This document shows, piece by piece, positions 25,264-34,802 of a stretch of 53,083 nucleotides of DNA (within the stretch, counting starts at the first letter, position 1; each line of letters opens with the position of its first letter). The position numbers and the translations under genes were made by a program. The DNA lies in the sequence record SRR31156797_511; one strand, given 5' to 3'. Under the pieces are notes generated by a model. That model was not told where the DNA came from, did not search any database, and saw nothing but the letters and a program-made list of their open reading frames with translations.

Positions 25264-27672
25264 ATGTTTATTGAAAATGAAATCAGCTTTGAAGCAATCA
25301 GCGACCTGTTCGGCAATGCCGACAATGAAGGCCGCGATTATCTTTTTGAATATGAAGTGTACAACCTGCTGGCCAATTCCGGTGCGGAAACACCTCCAGC
25401 CGCAAACCTGCTGCCGCGCGGAGCACGTTTTTCAGATGAAGAGCTGACCTCCATTCCGGGTGAAAAAGCAGTGCTGAAAATAGTATCCCCGACTATCGTC
25501 CATAAAACAGAAGTAGGCGGAGTACGTATTGTAAAGAAAGAGCCGTCCAAGATCCGCTCAGCTGTACGGGGTATGATGTATGAAGTACCTGAGAACTTCG
25601 CCGCATATATCGAAAGAGATCCTGACCATGCCCCTGAGGAGTATAAAGGGCTGCACGGCGAAGCTCTGATCAAGGCCATCAGCCGTGATCTCAGAGGAGT
25701 GCTGCAGGTCCAGTTCATGCCCCCGGATTCTAATTCTTTCGGCAACGAGCTTATCGTTGGCCTGCGCCGCACCCGTGAATTCGGTACGATTATCAGTGCG
25801 GGCCTCGGCGGAACAGACACTGAGCTTTACGCTGAACGGTTCCGCAAAGGACAAGCCATTGTTGCTGCATCCGTACAAATGGTTGACGGGCAATCCTTTT
25901 TCCAGCTCTTCAAAAACACCATCTCATATAAAAAACTGGCCGGACTCACTCGCGGGCAGCGCCGGATCGTAACTGATGAACAGCTCATCGAATGCTTTGA
26001 TTCGTTCATTGAGATGGGTAAATATTTTTCCCCTTCCAATCCCGAGGCGAAATTCGTCATTGATGAACTGGAGATCAACCCCTTTGCCTTCACCGAATAC
26101 CTGATGGTACCGCTGGACGGCTTATGCCGCTTTTCAAGACCGGACCAAATGCCGCTGGCTCGTCCGGTTAAGAAAATCCACAACCTGCTCCATCCACAGA
26201 AAATCGGGATCATCGGTGTTTCCTCCACCCGCCGGAACTTCGGACGGATCATCCTCGATAATGTTCTGGCTGAAGGCTACGCTAAAGAAGACGTGATCGT
26301 AATCCGTGACGGATGTGAGGATGTTGACGGTGTGCGCTGTGTACCAAGCCTTGACGCACTGGACCATCAACTTGATCTTTTCGTGGTTGCCATTGCCGCC
26401 CAGCATGTTCCGGACCTTGTAGACAGAGTGATTGAACTGGACTGTGCCAAAAGCGTCATGCTTATCCCCGGCGGCATGGGTGAAACTGAAGACAGTAAAG
26501 AGCGTGCGGAACAGGTCATTGCCAGTATTAATGAAAAACATGCAGAGGATGACGGCGGCCCGGTCTTTATCGGAGCGAACTGCATGGGAGTGGTTTCCCG
26601 TCCCGGTGGTTATGACACATGGTTCATTCCTGACGAGAAACTGCCCAAGGACCGCAAAGCCCCCTACCAACGTGCTGCCCTGATCAGCCAGAGCGGGGCA
26701 TTCATGGTATTCCGTTCCAGCCAATGCCCGGAACTGAACCCGGCCTACATGGTTTCCATGGGTAACCAGACTGACCTTACCCTTGGCGACATGGTCCATT
26801 ATTTTAAAGATTCAGACGAAGTGGACGTCATTGCCGTCTACGCCGAAGGATTCAATGATCTTGACGGACTGGAGTTCTGCACAGCCGTGCGCCAGGCAGT
26901 GATGAACGGCAAAGAGGTAGTATTCTACAAGGCCGGAAGGACTCCGGAAGGCAAGACCGCAACCAGTGGACACACCGCCTCTCTGGCCGGCGACTACATG
27001 GTCTGCGAAAGCTGCGTGCGGCAGGCCGGGGCAATCGTGGCCCGTACCTTTCAGGAATTTCAGGACCTGTTCATGCTGGCGGAAAAACTGAGCGGGAAAA
27101 CTATTTGCGGTGACAGGCTTGCAGCAGTCAGCGGAGCCGGATTTGAAGCAGTAGGCATGGCTGATTCAATTCAGTCGGATGACTATGACATTGAATTAGC
27201 GCGGTTTAGTGAAGAATCGATCGAAACCATAAACGAAATTCTCGAAGCAAATCGTTTGAAGGCTCTGGTAACCATCCAGAATCCGCTGGACCTCACACCG
27301 GGATCAAACGACATGATCCACGCACGCATGGCTGAAACACTTGCCAAAGATCCGGCTGTTGATTCCATTGTAATCGGGCTGGACCCGCTCTCCCCGTCCA
27401 TGCACACTCTGGCTGAACCGACAATCCCTGCATTTTCAATGGAAGATGAAAATTCACTCGGCAACCTGCTCATTCAAATCGTCAAGAAAAGCGATAAACC
27501 GATACTGGCAGTTGTGGATGGGGGAAGACTCTACGATCCATTAAGGGATAAGCTGCTTGAGAACGGGGTTCCGGTCTTTCCGGTCTGCGACCGTGCTGTA
27601 GCGGCAGTAGCCTTATACTCCAAAGCCCGGATGCGCGCAGAAGTAATCCGACTAGCCCACGGCTGCGATTAA
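25264..27672 (+). CDS. Acetate/acyl-CoA ligase (ADP-forming) family protein
   Basis: ATP-grasp KIVSP.I.HKTEVGGV and ELEINP; GANCMG, SQSG, SMGNQ and SGHTASLAG (catalytic His). Confidence 0.88.
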   Translation: MFIENEISFEAISDLFGNADNEGRDYLFEYEVYNLLANSGAETPPAANLLPRGARFSDEELTSIPGEKAVLKIVSPTIVHKTEVGGVRIVKKEPSKIRSAVRGMMYEVPENFAAYIERDPDHAPEEYKGLHGEALIKAISRDLRGVLQVQFMPPDSNSFGNELIVGLRRTREFGTIISAGLGGTDTELYAERFRKGQAIVAASVQMVDGQSFFQLFKNTISYKKLAGLTRGQRRIVTDEQLIECFDSFIEMGKYFSPSNPEAKFVIDELEINPFAFTEYLMVPLDGLCRFSRPDQMPLARPVKKIHNLLHPQKIGIIGVSSTRRNFGRIILDNVLAEGYAKEDVIVIRDGCEDVDGVRCVPSLDALDHQLDLFVVAIAAQHVPDLVDRVIELDCAKSVMLIPGGMGETEDSKERAEQVIASINEKHAEDDGGPVFIGANCMGVVSRPGGYDTWFIPDEKLPKDRKAPYQRAALISQSGAFMVFRSSQCPELNPAYMVSMGNQTDLTLGDMVHYFKDSDEVDVIAVYAEGFNDLDGLEFCTAVRQAVMNGKEVVFYKAGRTPEGKTATSGHTASLAGDYMVCESCVRQAGAIVARTFQEFQDLFMLAEKLSGKTICGDRLAAVSGAGFEAVGMADSIQSDDYDIELARFSEESIETINEILEANRLKALVTIQNPLDLTPGSNDMIHARMAETLAKDPAVDSIVIGLDPLSPSMHTLAEPTIPAFSMEDENSLGNLLIQIVKKSDKPILAVVDGGRLYDPLRDKLLENGVPVFPVCDRAVAAVALYSKARMRAEVIRLAHGCD

Positions 27673-27679
27673 ATAGTAC

Positions 27680-27720
27680 AAAAAACGACAGGCCGTGGCT
27701 CAACAACGAACCACGGCCTG
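27680..27720 (-). terminator. Terminator hairpin with T tract on minus strand
   Basis: CAGGCCGTGG...CCACGGCCTG 10-bp stem, A run on its left. Confidence 0.7.
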
Positions 27721-27752
27721 CATCTTTCAGGAGGAATGACTATCGAAAATTA

Positions 27753-27890
27753 TTAATACTTATCGTTGTAACGATTGGATAGTTTATTTTCACGGCTGGT
27801 TTTTTCAACAACAACGCAAGCCTTTTCAGCATTAGCAAAAAAGACATCTTCAACAAATCTTGCAATTCCGCATAACCAGCACATAAACAT
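27753..27890 (-). CDS. 45-aa small protein not in the ORF track (MFMCWLCGIARFVEDVFFANAEKACVVVEKTSRENKLSNRYNDKY)
   Basis: AGGAG RBS 7 nt upstream, sigma70-like promoter upstream, terminator downstream. Confidence 0.5.
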   Translation of the reverse strand: MFMCWLCGIARFVEDVFFANAEKACVVVEKTSRENKLSNRYNDKY

Positions 27891-27966
27891 AAAAATGCTC
27901 CTACAACTAAAAAGTACAGTCAAAAATCATTTTTTAAGATTTCTTTTTAAGAACTTACTTTCAGTG

Positions 27967-28021
27967 TACGCAGAAAAAACACCTCGTCAATGAGATTCAC
28001 TTAATTCTTTTTTTCACATTT
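27967..28021 (-). promoter_or_regulatory. Duplicated promoter, copy A
   Basis: Minus strand TTGACG-N16-TACACT with upstream AAATGTGAAAAAAAGAATTAA identical to copy B. Confidence 0.65.
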
Positions 28022-28176
28022 TATATTCACATTCATTAGCAATTAATAAGGCGTTAATTTTAAAAGAAAAATAAAACTGAACAACAATTCAATACCCCTA
28101 AAAAAAGGTACTGCAGCAGAAGATTAGATTCTTCACTAATCCTCAAAAAAGACTATTAGATTCGATCTAAATCACA

Positions 28177-29352
28177 TTATCCTGCCCTATTTTCTCTTCT
28201 CCGCTCAAGCAATCCTGCACTTAATGGAATGACTAGAAAACTTGCCAGAAATATGATTACCCCTTCCCAGCCTGCATACTCATACGCAAAGCCCGCTCCG
28301 GTAATGCCTAACCAGCCTCCGCTATAGTAAAAAAGGACATACAACGCATTGGCTTTGCCATGACTACAAGTCAATTTACGATTTAAAAGAACAACTGCCA
28401 CTGTATGAATAGTAAAAAAACCTGCACAAACCCCCAATAATCCAATAACAACGGCTGTAATTGAGGGCAGCAGAAGCAGCAGAAGCGAAGTACCTAGAAG
28501 GACAGAACTGGAGAGCAGCATCACCCCACCCCCAAAACGACTGCTGAGCCTTCCAGCAAGGGGGCCCAAGAAAATACCTAGAACATAAACAAGGTAAACA
28601 AGGGTAATTGTTTCAGTAGAAAGGTCGAACGGAGGATGTGAAAGCCTGTACGGCAGATAATTGAAGACAGGTGAAAAAATGAGCAGACTTCCGGCCCCAC
28701 AAGCATAAATAAGAAGAAGTTCCTTACGCTTAAGCAGTGAAAAGTATGTTTCCCTACCGTTGCTGCTACGTGCGGCTGCAACCTCTTCCTTGCCACTGGC
28801 AGGCAGGATAAGCACAGCCATAACAGTTGTGAGTAGAATTAGTACTGAAGCTGTGCTAAATGCATATCGCCAATGCAGAGGCGGATGAATCCACCCTCCG
28901 AGCAACCGGCCGCCAAGCCCTCCCAGAATAGTAGCCGATACATATGAGCCCATAACCACGCTCAATCGTTTAGCCGGAAGAGTACGGGCCAGCCACGCAG
29001 CGATACTGGTAGTCAGGGCAGGGATAAAAAGCCCTTGTACCAACCTTGCACCCACCAACACGGTATAGTTGTGGGTCAATGAACAAATAAAGCCGCCCAC
29101 AGCAACAAAAATACCGCCAACAACAATTATTGGTTTGACCGGATATCTATCCGATAGATAACCAAAGAAAAGGTTGGAGAGCACAATCCCCAGAATTACA
29201 AAAGAAACGGCAAAAGAAGCCTGTACAGGACTGATCTGAAATTCAGATTGCAGAATAGGCAGGACAGGTTGCGGAAGATAGATATTGGTAAACGAAGCTG
29301 AAACCAGCGCAAAAACTGCAAGCTGTATCTTAAGAAGGCTATTCATCTGCAT
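28177..29352 (-). CDS. MFS transporter (YnfM-like)
   Basis: IY.PQP.LP, G.LSDRY..K, G.YVS...LGG..GR, ANALY...YY.G; about 12 hydrophobic helices. Confidence 0.88.
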   Translation of the reverse strand: MQMNSLLKIQLAVFALVSASFTNIYLPQPVLPILQSEFQISPVQASFAVSFVILGIVLSNLFFGYLSDRYPVKPIIVVGGIFVAVGGFICSLTHNYTVLVGARLVQGLFIPALTTSIAAWLARTLPAKRLSVVMGSYVSATILGGLGGRLLGGWIHPPLHWRYAFSTASVLILLTTVMAVLILPASGKEEVAAARSSNGRETYFSLLKRKELLLIYACGAGSLLIFSPVFNYLPYRLSHPPFDLSTETITLVYLVYVLGIFLGPLAGRLSSRFGGGVMLLSSSVLLGTSLLLLLLPSITAVVIGLLGVCAGFFTIHTVAVVLLNRKLTCSHGKANALYVLFYYSGGWLGITGAGFAYEYAGWEGVIIFLASFLVIPLSAGLLERRRENRAG

Positions 29353-29439
29353 TCCCTTCCCTTACGGAGGAGCTTTTACTAAATAAGCACATTAGTTACA
29401 CCTCTTATCATTGCTTCGCAAACGAATTTTCAGCAAGCA

Positions 29440-29479
29440 TACAAAAACCCCGCTCTGTTGCCAGAACGGGGTTTTTGTA
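29440..29479. terminator. Terminator after the 71-aa ORF
   Basis: TACAAAAACCCCG-CTCTG...CAGAA-CGGGGTTTTTGTA inverted repeat. Confidence 0.75.
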
Positions 29480-29507
29480 TTTGATATGAACCAATTTTTA
29501 ATTAAAA

Positions 29508-29723
29508 CTAATCCAAATCAAATGCATCTTTTTTGAAAAAACAGTAAAATTCATCGTCACTACGATAAAACTTTGCAATTTTATCCTTTAATAACTTAAA
29601 CACACCATTAATTCTTTTAGACTTAACTAAAACATTATCCTCAACATACTGTTCTGCTTCGGCTACTGCGCTCACAGAGACAAAAAACAATAAAGTTAGT
29701 GCGAAATACAATTCTAATGCCAT
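29508..29723 (-). CDS. Small protein with hydrophobic signal-like N-terminus
   Basis: AAGGAG RBS, promoter copy B upstream, terminator downstream. Confidence 0.6.
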   Translation of the reverse strand: MALELYFALTLLFFVSVSAVAEAEQYVEDNVLVKSKRINGVFKLLKDKIAKFYRSDDEFYCFFKKDAFDLD

Positions 29724-29759
29724 TTCTTAGCTCCTTTTCAAAAGACGTTGAGAGAACCA

Positions 29760-29814
29760 TACGCCGAAAAGTACCCTCGTCAACTGTTTTTTATTAATTC
29801 TTTTTTTCACATTT
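29760..29814 (-). promoter_or_regulatory. Duplicated promoter, copy B
   Basis: Minus strand TTGACG-N16-TATGGT with the same upstream 21-mer at identical spacing to copy A. Confidence 0.65.
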
Positions 29815-30173
29815 AAATAAACTTTACGCCTATTTTCACAATCTACAATTTTCCAATATTAAAAAATCATATTTGCGTAACTTTTAAACCAAAAAAGCCG
29901 GCACAAAAATGGTGACAGCTTAATATTTCAACAAAAGGAATTCTCCTTTGTTCCATTTTTAACAAAAAAAAACACCCAACCCCGACCTAAGTTCAAAACT
30001 ATTTCATAAAGTGTAAACGCTCGATTATTCATAATATCCAGACGAGAAGCACAGAAAAATGTCACCTTCTGACCATAAACAGACCACCAATTTGCCAAAA
30101 CAATTTTACATTGACTTTAGCAGACCAGTCAGTAGAGGTAGGCGGACTTCAATAATTAAAGAGGACTGCTGCC

Positions 30174-31724
30174 ATGAAACAGGTAAAAGTACAGATCAAA
30201 ATCAACCCCGGACAAATCAATCTTCCAGATGCCATCCGCAAGGAAGCGTTAAAAGCTGCCGGACTGCCGGACGACAAAAGCATTTCTACCCGCGTGCTGC
30301 GGCGTTCAATTGATGCGCGCTCCCGCAAACCGCACTTTGTCCTGCACGTTGCCATCGGCGACCCTGAAACCGTGGAACCGCAAGAATCTGTATTTACCCC
30401 CCTACCCTTAAACGGCAAACAGGTAATCATTGCCGGGGCTGGTCCTGCCGGATATTTTGCAGCCCTGACCCTGCTGGAACACGGCATTAAACCGATCATT
30501 ATTGAACGCGGACGCACCGTGAATGATCGCCGCAAGGACCTGAAAAAGATCTACACCGAAGGGCAGATCAACCCGGACTCCAACTACTGCTTCGGTGAGG
30601 GCGGAGCCGGGACCTACTCTGACGGCAAACTCTATACCCGGGCAACCAAACGCGGCAACGTAGGCCGTATCCTCGATCTGCTCATTGCAAACGGTGCTCC
30701 CGGAGATATCCGCATTGATGCCCACCCGCACCTCGGCTCCAACGTACTGCCGCGCATTGTCAGTAAAATGCGTGATGACATCATCTCCTGTGGCGGAGAA
30801 ATTCATTTCAACACCCGCGTGGATTCTTTTATTCTTGATGGTGAGCACATGGCCGGAGTCATTGCCGGGGGTAATGAAATCAAAGCTGACGCCGTAATCC
30901 TCGCTACTGGACATTCAGCGCGGGACATATTCCACGCCCTTGCGGATCAGGACATCAGAATCGAAGCTAAACCTTTTGCTCTGGGCGTACGCATTGAGCA
31001 CCCGCAGCCATTGATCGACAAAATTTTCTACCATCAGTATCCTCGCCACGAAAACCTGCCGGCGGCCAGTTACCGCATTTCAACTCAGGCCATGGGACGG
31101 GGAGTTTTCTCATTCTGCATGTGCCCGGGGGGCTACATTGTCCCGGCCTCAACAGCTCCGGGAGAACTGGTCCTAAACGGCATGAGTCTTGCCGCACGAA
31201 ACGCACCTTTTGCCAACGCCGGACTGGTAGCTGAAGTAAAACTCGAAGACCTGGAAAATCCCGGAAATCCATTCTGTGCGCTGCAATATCAGGCTGCTGT
31301 CGAAAAAAGAATGTTCGCTGCCGGAGACGGCATAACCCAGCAAGCCCCGGCTCAACGGGTCAACGACTTCATTGCCGGACGCATATCAAAATCAATCCCG
31401 AAAACATCATACATCCCCGGCGCATACTCAGCCCCGGTGCATGAGCTATTACCCTTCATCCAATCTGAAGCATTGCGCAATGGACTCAAGGCACTAGGTA
31501 AGAAGTTCAAAGGATTCGACTCAGATGAAGCCAAGGTACTGGCTGTAGAATCACGCACCAGTTCTCCAGTACGCATCCCGCGCGACCGTGAGACCCTAGA
31601 ACATGTGCAAATTAAGGGGCTTTTTCCATGTGGAGAAGGTGCGGGATATGCAGGCGGCATTATTTCCGCCGCCATGGATGGCGAAAAGTGCGCACAGGCA
31701 GCAGCACGGATGATAGGCAAATAA
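30174..31724 (+). CDS. FAD-dependent oxidoreductase (uncharacterised NAD(P)/FAD dehydrogenase family)
   Basis: GAGPAG, FGEGGAGTYSDGKL, FCMCPGG, ESRTSSPVRI and GEGAGYAGGI motifs. Confidence 0.9.
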   Translation: MKQVKVQIKINPGQINLPDAIRKEALKAAGLPDDKSISTRVLRRSIDARSRKPHFVLHVAIGDPETVEPQESVFTPLPLNGKQVIIAGAGPAGYFAALTLLEHGIKPIIIERGRTVNDRRKDLKKIYTEGQINPDSNYCFGEGGAGTYSDGKLYTRATKRGNVGRILDLLIANGAPGDIRIDAHPHLGSNVLPRIVSKMRDDIISCGGEIHFNTRVDSFILDGEHMAGVIAGGNEIKADAVILATGHSARDIFHALADQDIRIEAKPFALGVRIEHPQPLIDKIFYHQYPRHENLPAASYRISTQAMGRGVFSFCMCPGGYIVPASTAPGELVLNGMSLAARNAPFANAGLVAEVKLEDLENPGNPFCALQYQAAVEKRMFAAGDGITQQAPAQRVNDFIAGRISKSIPKTSYIPGAYSAPVHELLPFIQSEALRNGLKALGKKFKGFDSDEAKVLAVESRTSSPVRIPRDRETLEHVQIKGLFPCGEGAGYAGGIISAAMDGEKCAQAAARMIGK

Positions 31725-31732
31725 AACATAAA

Positions 31733-32770
31733 TCAGCGAATTACCCTGATCAGATATCCCTTAGAAGTAATTGTATCAGGTAATTTTATTTTCCAGCGTT
31801 TCATTTCCGGAGCACTGAAAAGTAATCGGCCATTTCTTCCGATTACAGGAGATATATTCTCAGCATTATCCCCGGCAAGAATGCTTTTGACCATTTTCAA
31901 AGCTTCACGCCCCTGATCAATACCGGAAAGTACATAACCGCCAACGGCCTTGCCCTTTCCCACAGAAAAGGACCAGAGACCGAAGACTGGAACAGCTGAA
32001 AATTTTGATGTCCAAGCGAGGACTTCATTGCTGGGAATATGACGTCCATGTTCATCCCTAAAAATATGATAGAGACCGATAACAATACAAGGATATCCTT
32101 CTGCCGGGGCTGCTCTTACAGCATCTTTCCAGTTATCAATAGATTTGATTAATTTAATATTTGTACGCACGCCAGAAACATCAAAGGATAATCTCCCTCG
32201 CATATTCTCCCTCACAAAAACCCGTGAACTAAGACTGTCATCCATGAGAACCAGACATTTATCCATGTCCGGGCCGATAATTTCCTTAAGGTAAAGAATA
32301 GACCGCTTCACCAAAGGCCGTTCCAGCACACCAGTAATTTTTCGGACATTGTCCACATATCCCCGAGCATTGCCGTTTATACCTAAATAAACAACTGAGA
32401 TATCTCTATTTGCGAGAAACTGCCCCAAAGACTTCAAAGCGAAATCATCAGTTAGAACCACAACATCCGGCCTTTGCTCATCCAGAATAACCTTCACAGC
32501 CTCAACATTTCGGGCAGACTGCTCTTTGCTAAGTCTTTTAGAATCAAGATAATGATAAAAAACATCTGCCTTCCCTGCGAGCCCCCTCTTCAAAATACCG
32601 TTATGTTCTTCCACCCATTTAAAATCACGATTATAACTGTTAACCACTACGACAGTCTTATTCCCAGCAATTGCCGAGTCACAAAGAAAAATAAGAAACA
32701 AGAAAAAGGCCAAAAGCTTAAGCCCTGACTTAGACATAAAAATCATACTATATCTATTTCGTTCAGACAT
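31733..32770 (-). CDS. Orphan ABC-type substrate-binding protein
   Basis: Signal peptide, VVNSY...KW, LDSKR, AVGGYVLSG..QG. Confidence 0.78.
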   Translation of the reverse strand: MSERNRYSMIFMSKSGLKLLAFFLFLIFLCDSAIAGNKTVVVVNSYNRDFKWVEEHNGILKRGLAGKADVFYHYLDSKRLSKEQSARNVEAVKVILDEQRPDVVVLTDDFALKSLGQFLANRDISVVYLGINGNARGYVDNVRKITGVLERPLVKRSILYLKEIIGPDMDKCLVLMDDSLSSRVFVRENMRGRLSFDVSGVRTNIKLIKSIDNWKDAVRAAPAEGYPCIVIGLYHIFRDEHGRHIPSNEVLAWTSKFSAVPVFGLWSFSVGKGKAVGGYVLSGIDQGREALKMVKSILAGDNAENISPVIGRNGRLLFSAPEMKRWKIKLPDTITSKGYLIRVIR

Positions 32771-32849
32771 TATGAGAAATGTAACATAGCATTAACCATC
32801 AATACAACCCACCACGATAGCATGCACTACAGCTCAAATTGCAACATAA

Positions 32850-32890
32850 TAAAAACAGGCGGTCCGCTTCAAAAGAAACGGACCGCCTTT
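32850..32890 (-). terminator. Terminator of dgcN-dgcA-dat
   Basis: AGGCGGTCCG...CGGACCGCCT stem with A run on its left. Confidence 0.7.
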
Positions 32891-32954
32891 AAATCAATAA
32901 ACACAGACTGCTGTCTGTTCAGGAGCGTAAACTTCCCCAAGTCACGCAAATATA

Positions 32955-33800
32955 TTAGATAGAAGCTTTACGGCTTTCCTCAATATAAACTTCACTAAGA
33001 CGCTTGCTTACCGGACCGGGTGTGCCTCCGTTAAGCTCAACTCCGTCAACTTCAATGACCGGAGTAACAAAAGAAGTTGCAGCGGTCATGAAAGCTTCAG
33101 CAGCATTCTGGGCTTCTTCAATAGTGAAGGGACGCTCTTCAATTTCCATATCCAGCTCTTCAACAAGACGGAGTACGGACTTACGGGTAATACCGGGCAG
33201 GATGGAATTGGTAAGATTACGAGTAATGATCTTTCCTTCTTTGGTCACAATATAAGTATTGTTGGAAGAGCCTTCGGTAACAAAGCCATCCTCAACCATC
33301 CATGCGTCATCCTTACCTTTCTTCTTGGCTTCAGTCTTAACCAGAGAAGCAGCCAGAAGCTGTACGGTCTTGATGTCACGACGACCCCAACGAATATCGG
33401 GAACAGAAATTACACGCAGACCGGATTTTTCAGCGGTAAGCTTTTTGGCCTGAGTAAAGAGAACCACAGTCTGCTCAAGACCTTCAGGCATAACGAAATC
33501 ACGATCAGTAGCCCCGCGGGTAACCTGCAGGTAAATTGCGCCCTCTTCAAGATTGTTGCGCTTAACCATTTCGCGGTGAACTTCAAGAAGTGCTTCAGCG
33601 CTCATGGGCATAGCCATGCCGATTTCGCCGAGAGAACGCTCAAGACGGCCAACATGACCTTCCCATTCACAGATCTTGCCATCCACAACAGCGGTAACTT
33701 CGTAAATACCGTCAGCAAACAGAAAACCACGATCAAAAACAGAAACCTTTGCCTCTTCCTCAGGCACGTATGCGCCATTTACATATACAATACGACTCAT
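32955..33800 (-). CDS. dat: D-amino-acid transaminase (class IV PLP)
   Basis: DRGFLFADGIYEV, YLQVTRG, RDIKTVQLL, TEGSSNN and ILPGITR motifs. Confidence 0.9.
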   Translation of the reverse strand: MSRIVYVNGAYVPEEEAKVSVFDRGFLFADGIYEVTAVVDGKICEWEGHVGRLERSLGEIGMAMPMSAEALLEVHREMVKRNNLEEGAIYLQVTRGATDRDFVMPEGLEQTVVLFTQAKKLTAEKSGLRVISVPDIRWGRRDIKTVQLLAASLVKTEAKKKGKDDAWMVEDGFVTEGSSNNTYIVTKEGKIITRNLTNSILPGITRKSVLRLVEELDMEIEERPFTIEEAQNAAEAFMTAATSFVTPVIEVDGVELNGGTPGPVSKRLSEVYIEESRKASI

Positions 33801-33833
33801 TTTATTCACTTATTCCAATATGAAGATTAACTA

Positions 33834-34802
33834 CTAGCCCCACAAAGAGCTCTGCGGGGGAAAGACAAATTTGTCATCGTATTCCAATGGTGACTCCCTG
33901 TCTTCTGCCAAAAGTAAAGGTCCGTCAAGGTCTACCACAGCAGCACCGCTTGCCACCAGCACAGCAGGAGCCATAGCCAGCGAAGAGCCGACCATACAAC
34001 CGACCATTACCTCATATCCCTCAGCCAAAGCAGCCTCACGCAATTTAATGGCTTCGGTTAATCCTCCGGTCTTATCCAGCTTGATATTAATCATATCATA
34101 CTTACCCTTAAGAGCAGACAGGGAATCACGATCATGGCAGGACTCATCAGCACAGACTGGCAGAACCCTTTCAATATCCAGCAAAGCATCGTCATCTGAA
34201 GACGGAAGCGGCTGTTCCACCATTTCCACACCAAGACGAACCAGCACTGGAGCCATTTCGCGATATATATCAGCGGTCCAGCCTTCGTTGGCATCCACTA
34301 TTATGCGGGCTTCAGGAGCCCCCCTGCGCACAGCCTCAATACGGGCAATATCTTCAATCCCGCCGCCAAGCTTGGTTTTAAGCAACGGACGGCCTGCATT
34401 TTCCGCAGCCTGCGCTTCCATCTTCTCGGGAGTACCAAGAGAAAGTGTGTAAGCTGTAACTTCCGGGGTAGGTTCACTGATTCCGGCCAGCTTCCAAGCC
34501 GGAACCCCGACCTTCTTGGCTTCCAAATCCCAAAGAGCACAATCCACAGCATTACGAGCCGCCCCGGCAGGCAATGCGGATTGTAATTCCTTACGATTCA
34601 AGGGAGTTTTCACCCCTTCAATCTGTGCGGTGACAGAATCGACGGTTTCATTATAGCGAGCATAGGGAACACATTCCCCACGCCCGGTAAAACCGTCTTC
34701 TTCAATCTCGACCGTCAGCACAACAGCTTCGGTCCGCGAACCGCGGGCAATGGTGAAGACCTGCGCCAACGGAAAAACATCTTTTGTTACCGAGATTTTC
34801 AT
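33834..34802 (-). CDS. dgcA: N-acetyl-D-glutamate racemase / dipeptide epimerase (enolase superfamily)
   Basis: GECVPYARY, KTKLG, VDANEGW, EQP, ADES, NIKLDKTGGLT and DLDG motifs; coupled to dgcN. Confidence 0.85.
   Translation of the reverse strand: MKISVTKDVFPLAQVFTIARGSRTEAVVLTVEIEEDGFTGRGECVPYARYNETVDSVTAQIEGVKTPLNRKELQSALPAGAARNAVDCALWDLEAKKVGVPAWKLAGISEPTPEVTAYTLSLGTPEKMEAQAAENAGRPLLKTKLGGGIEDIARIEAVRRGAPEARIIVDANEGWTADIYREMAPVLVRLGVEMVEQPLPSSDDDALLDIERVLPVCADESCHDRDSLSALKGKYDMINIKLDKTGGLTEAIKLREAALAEGYEVMVGCMVGSSLAMAPAVLVASGAAVVDLDGPLLLAEDRESPLEYDDKFVFPPQSSLWG

Noticed and set aside
32857-32889. GGCGGTCCG...CGGACCGCC as a fourth member of the hairpin family
   Set aside because: Lacks the CCTGAGT/ACTC core; adequately explained as the dat terminator.
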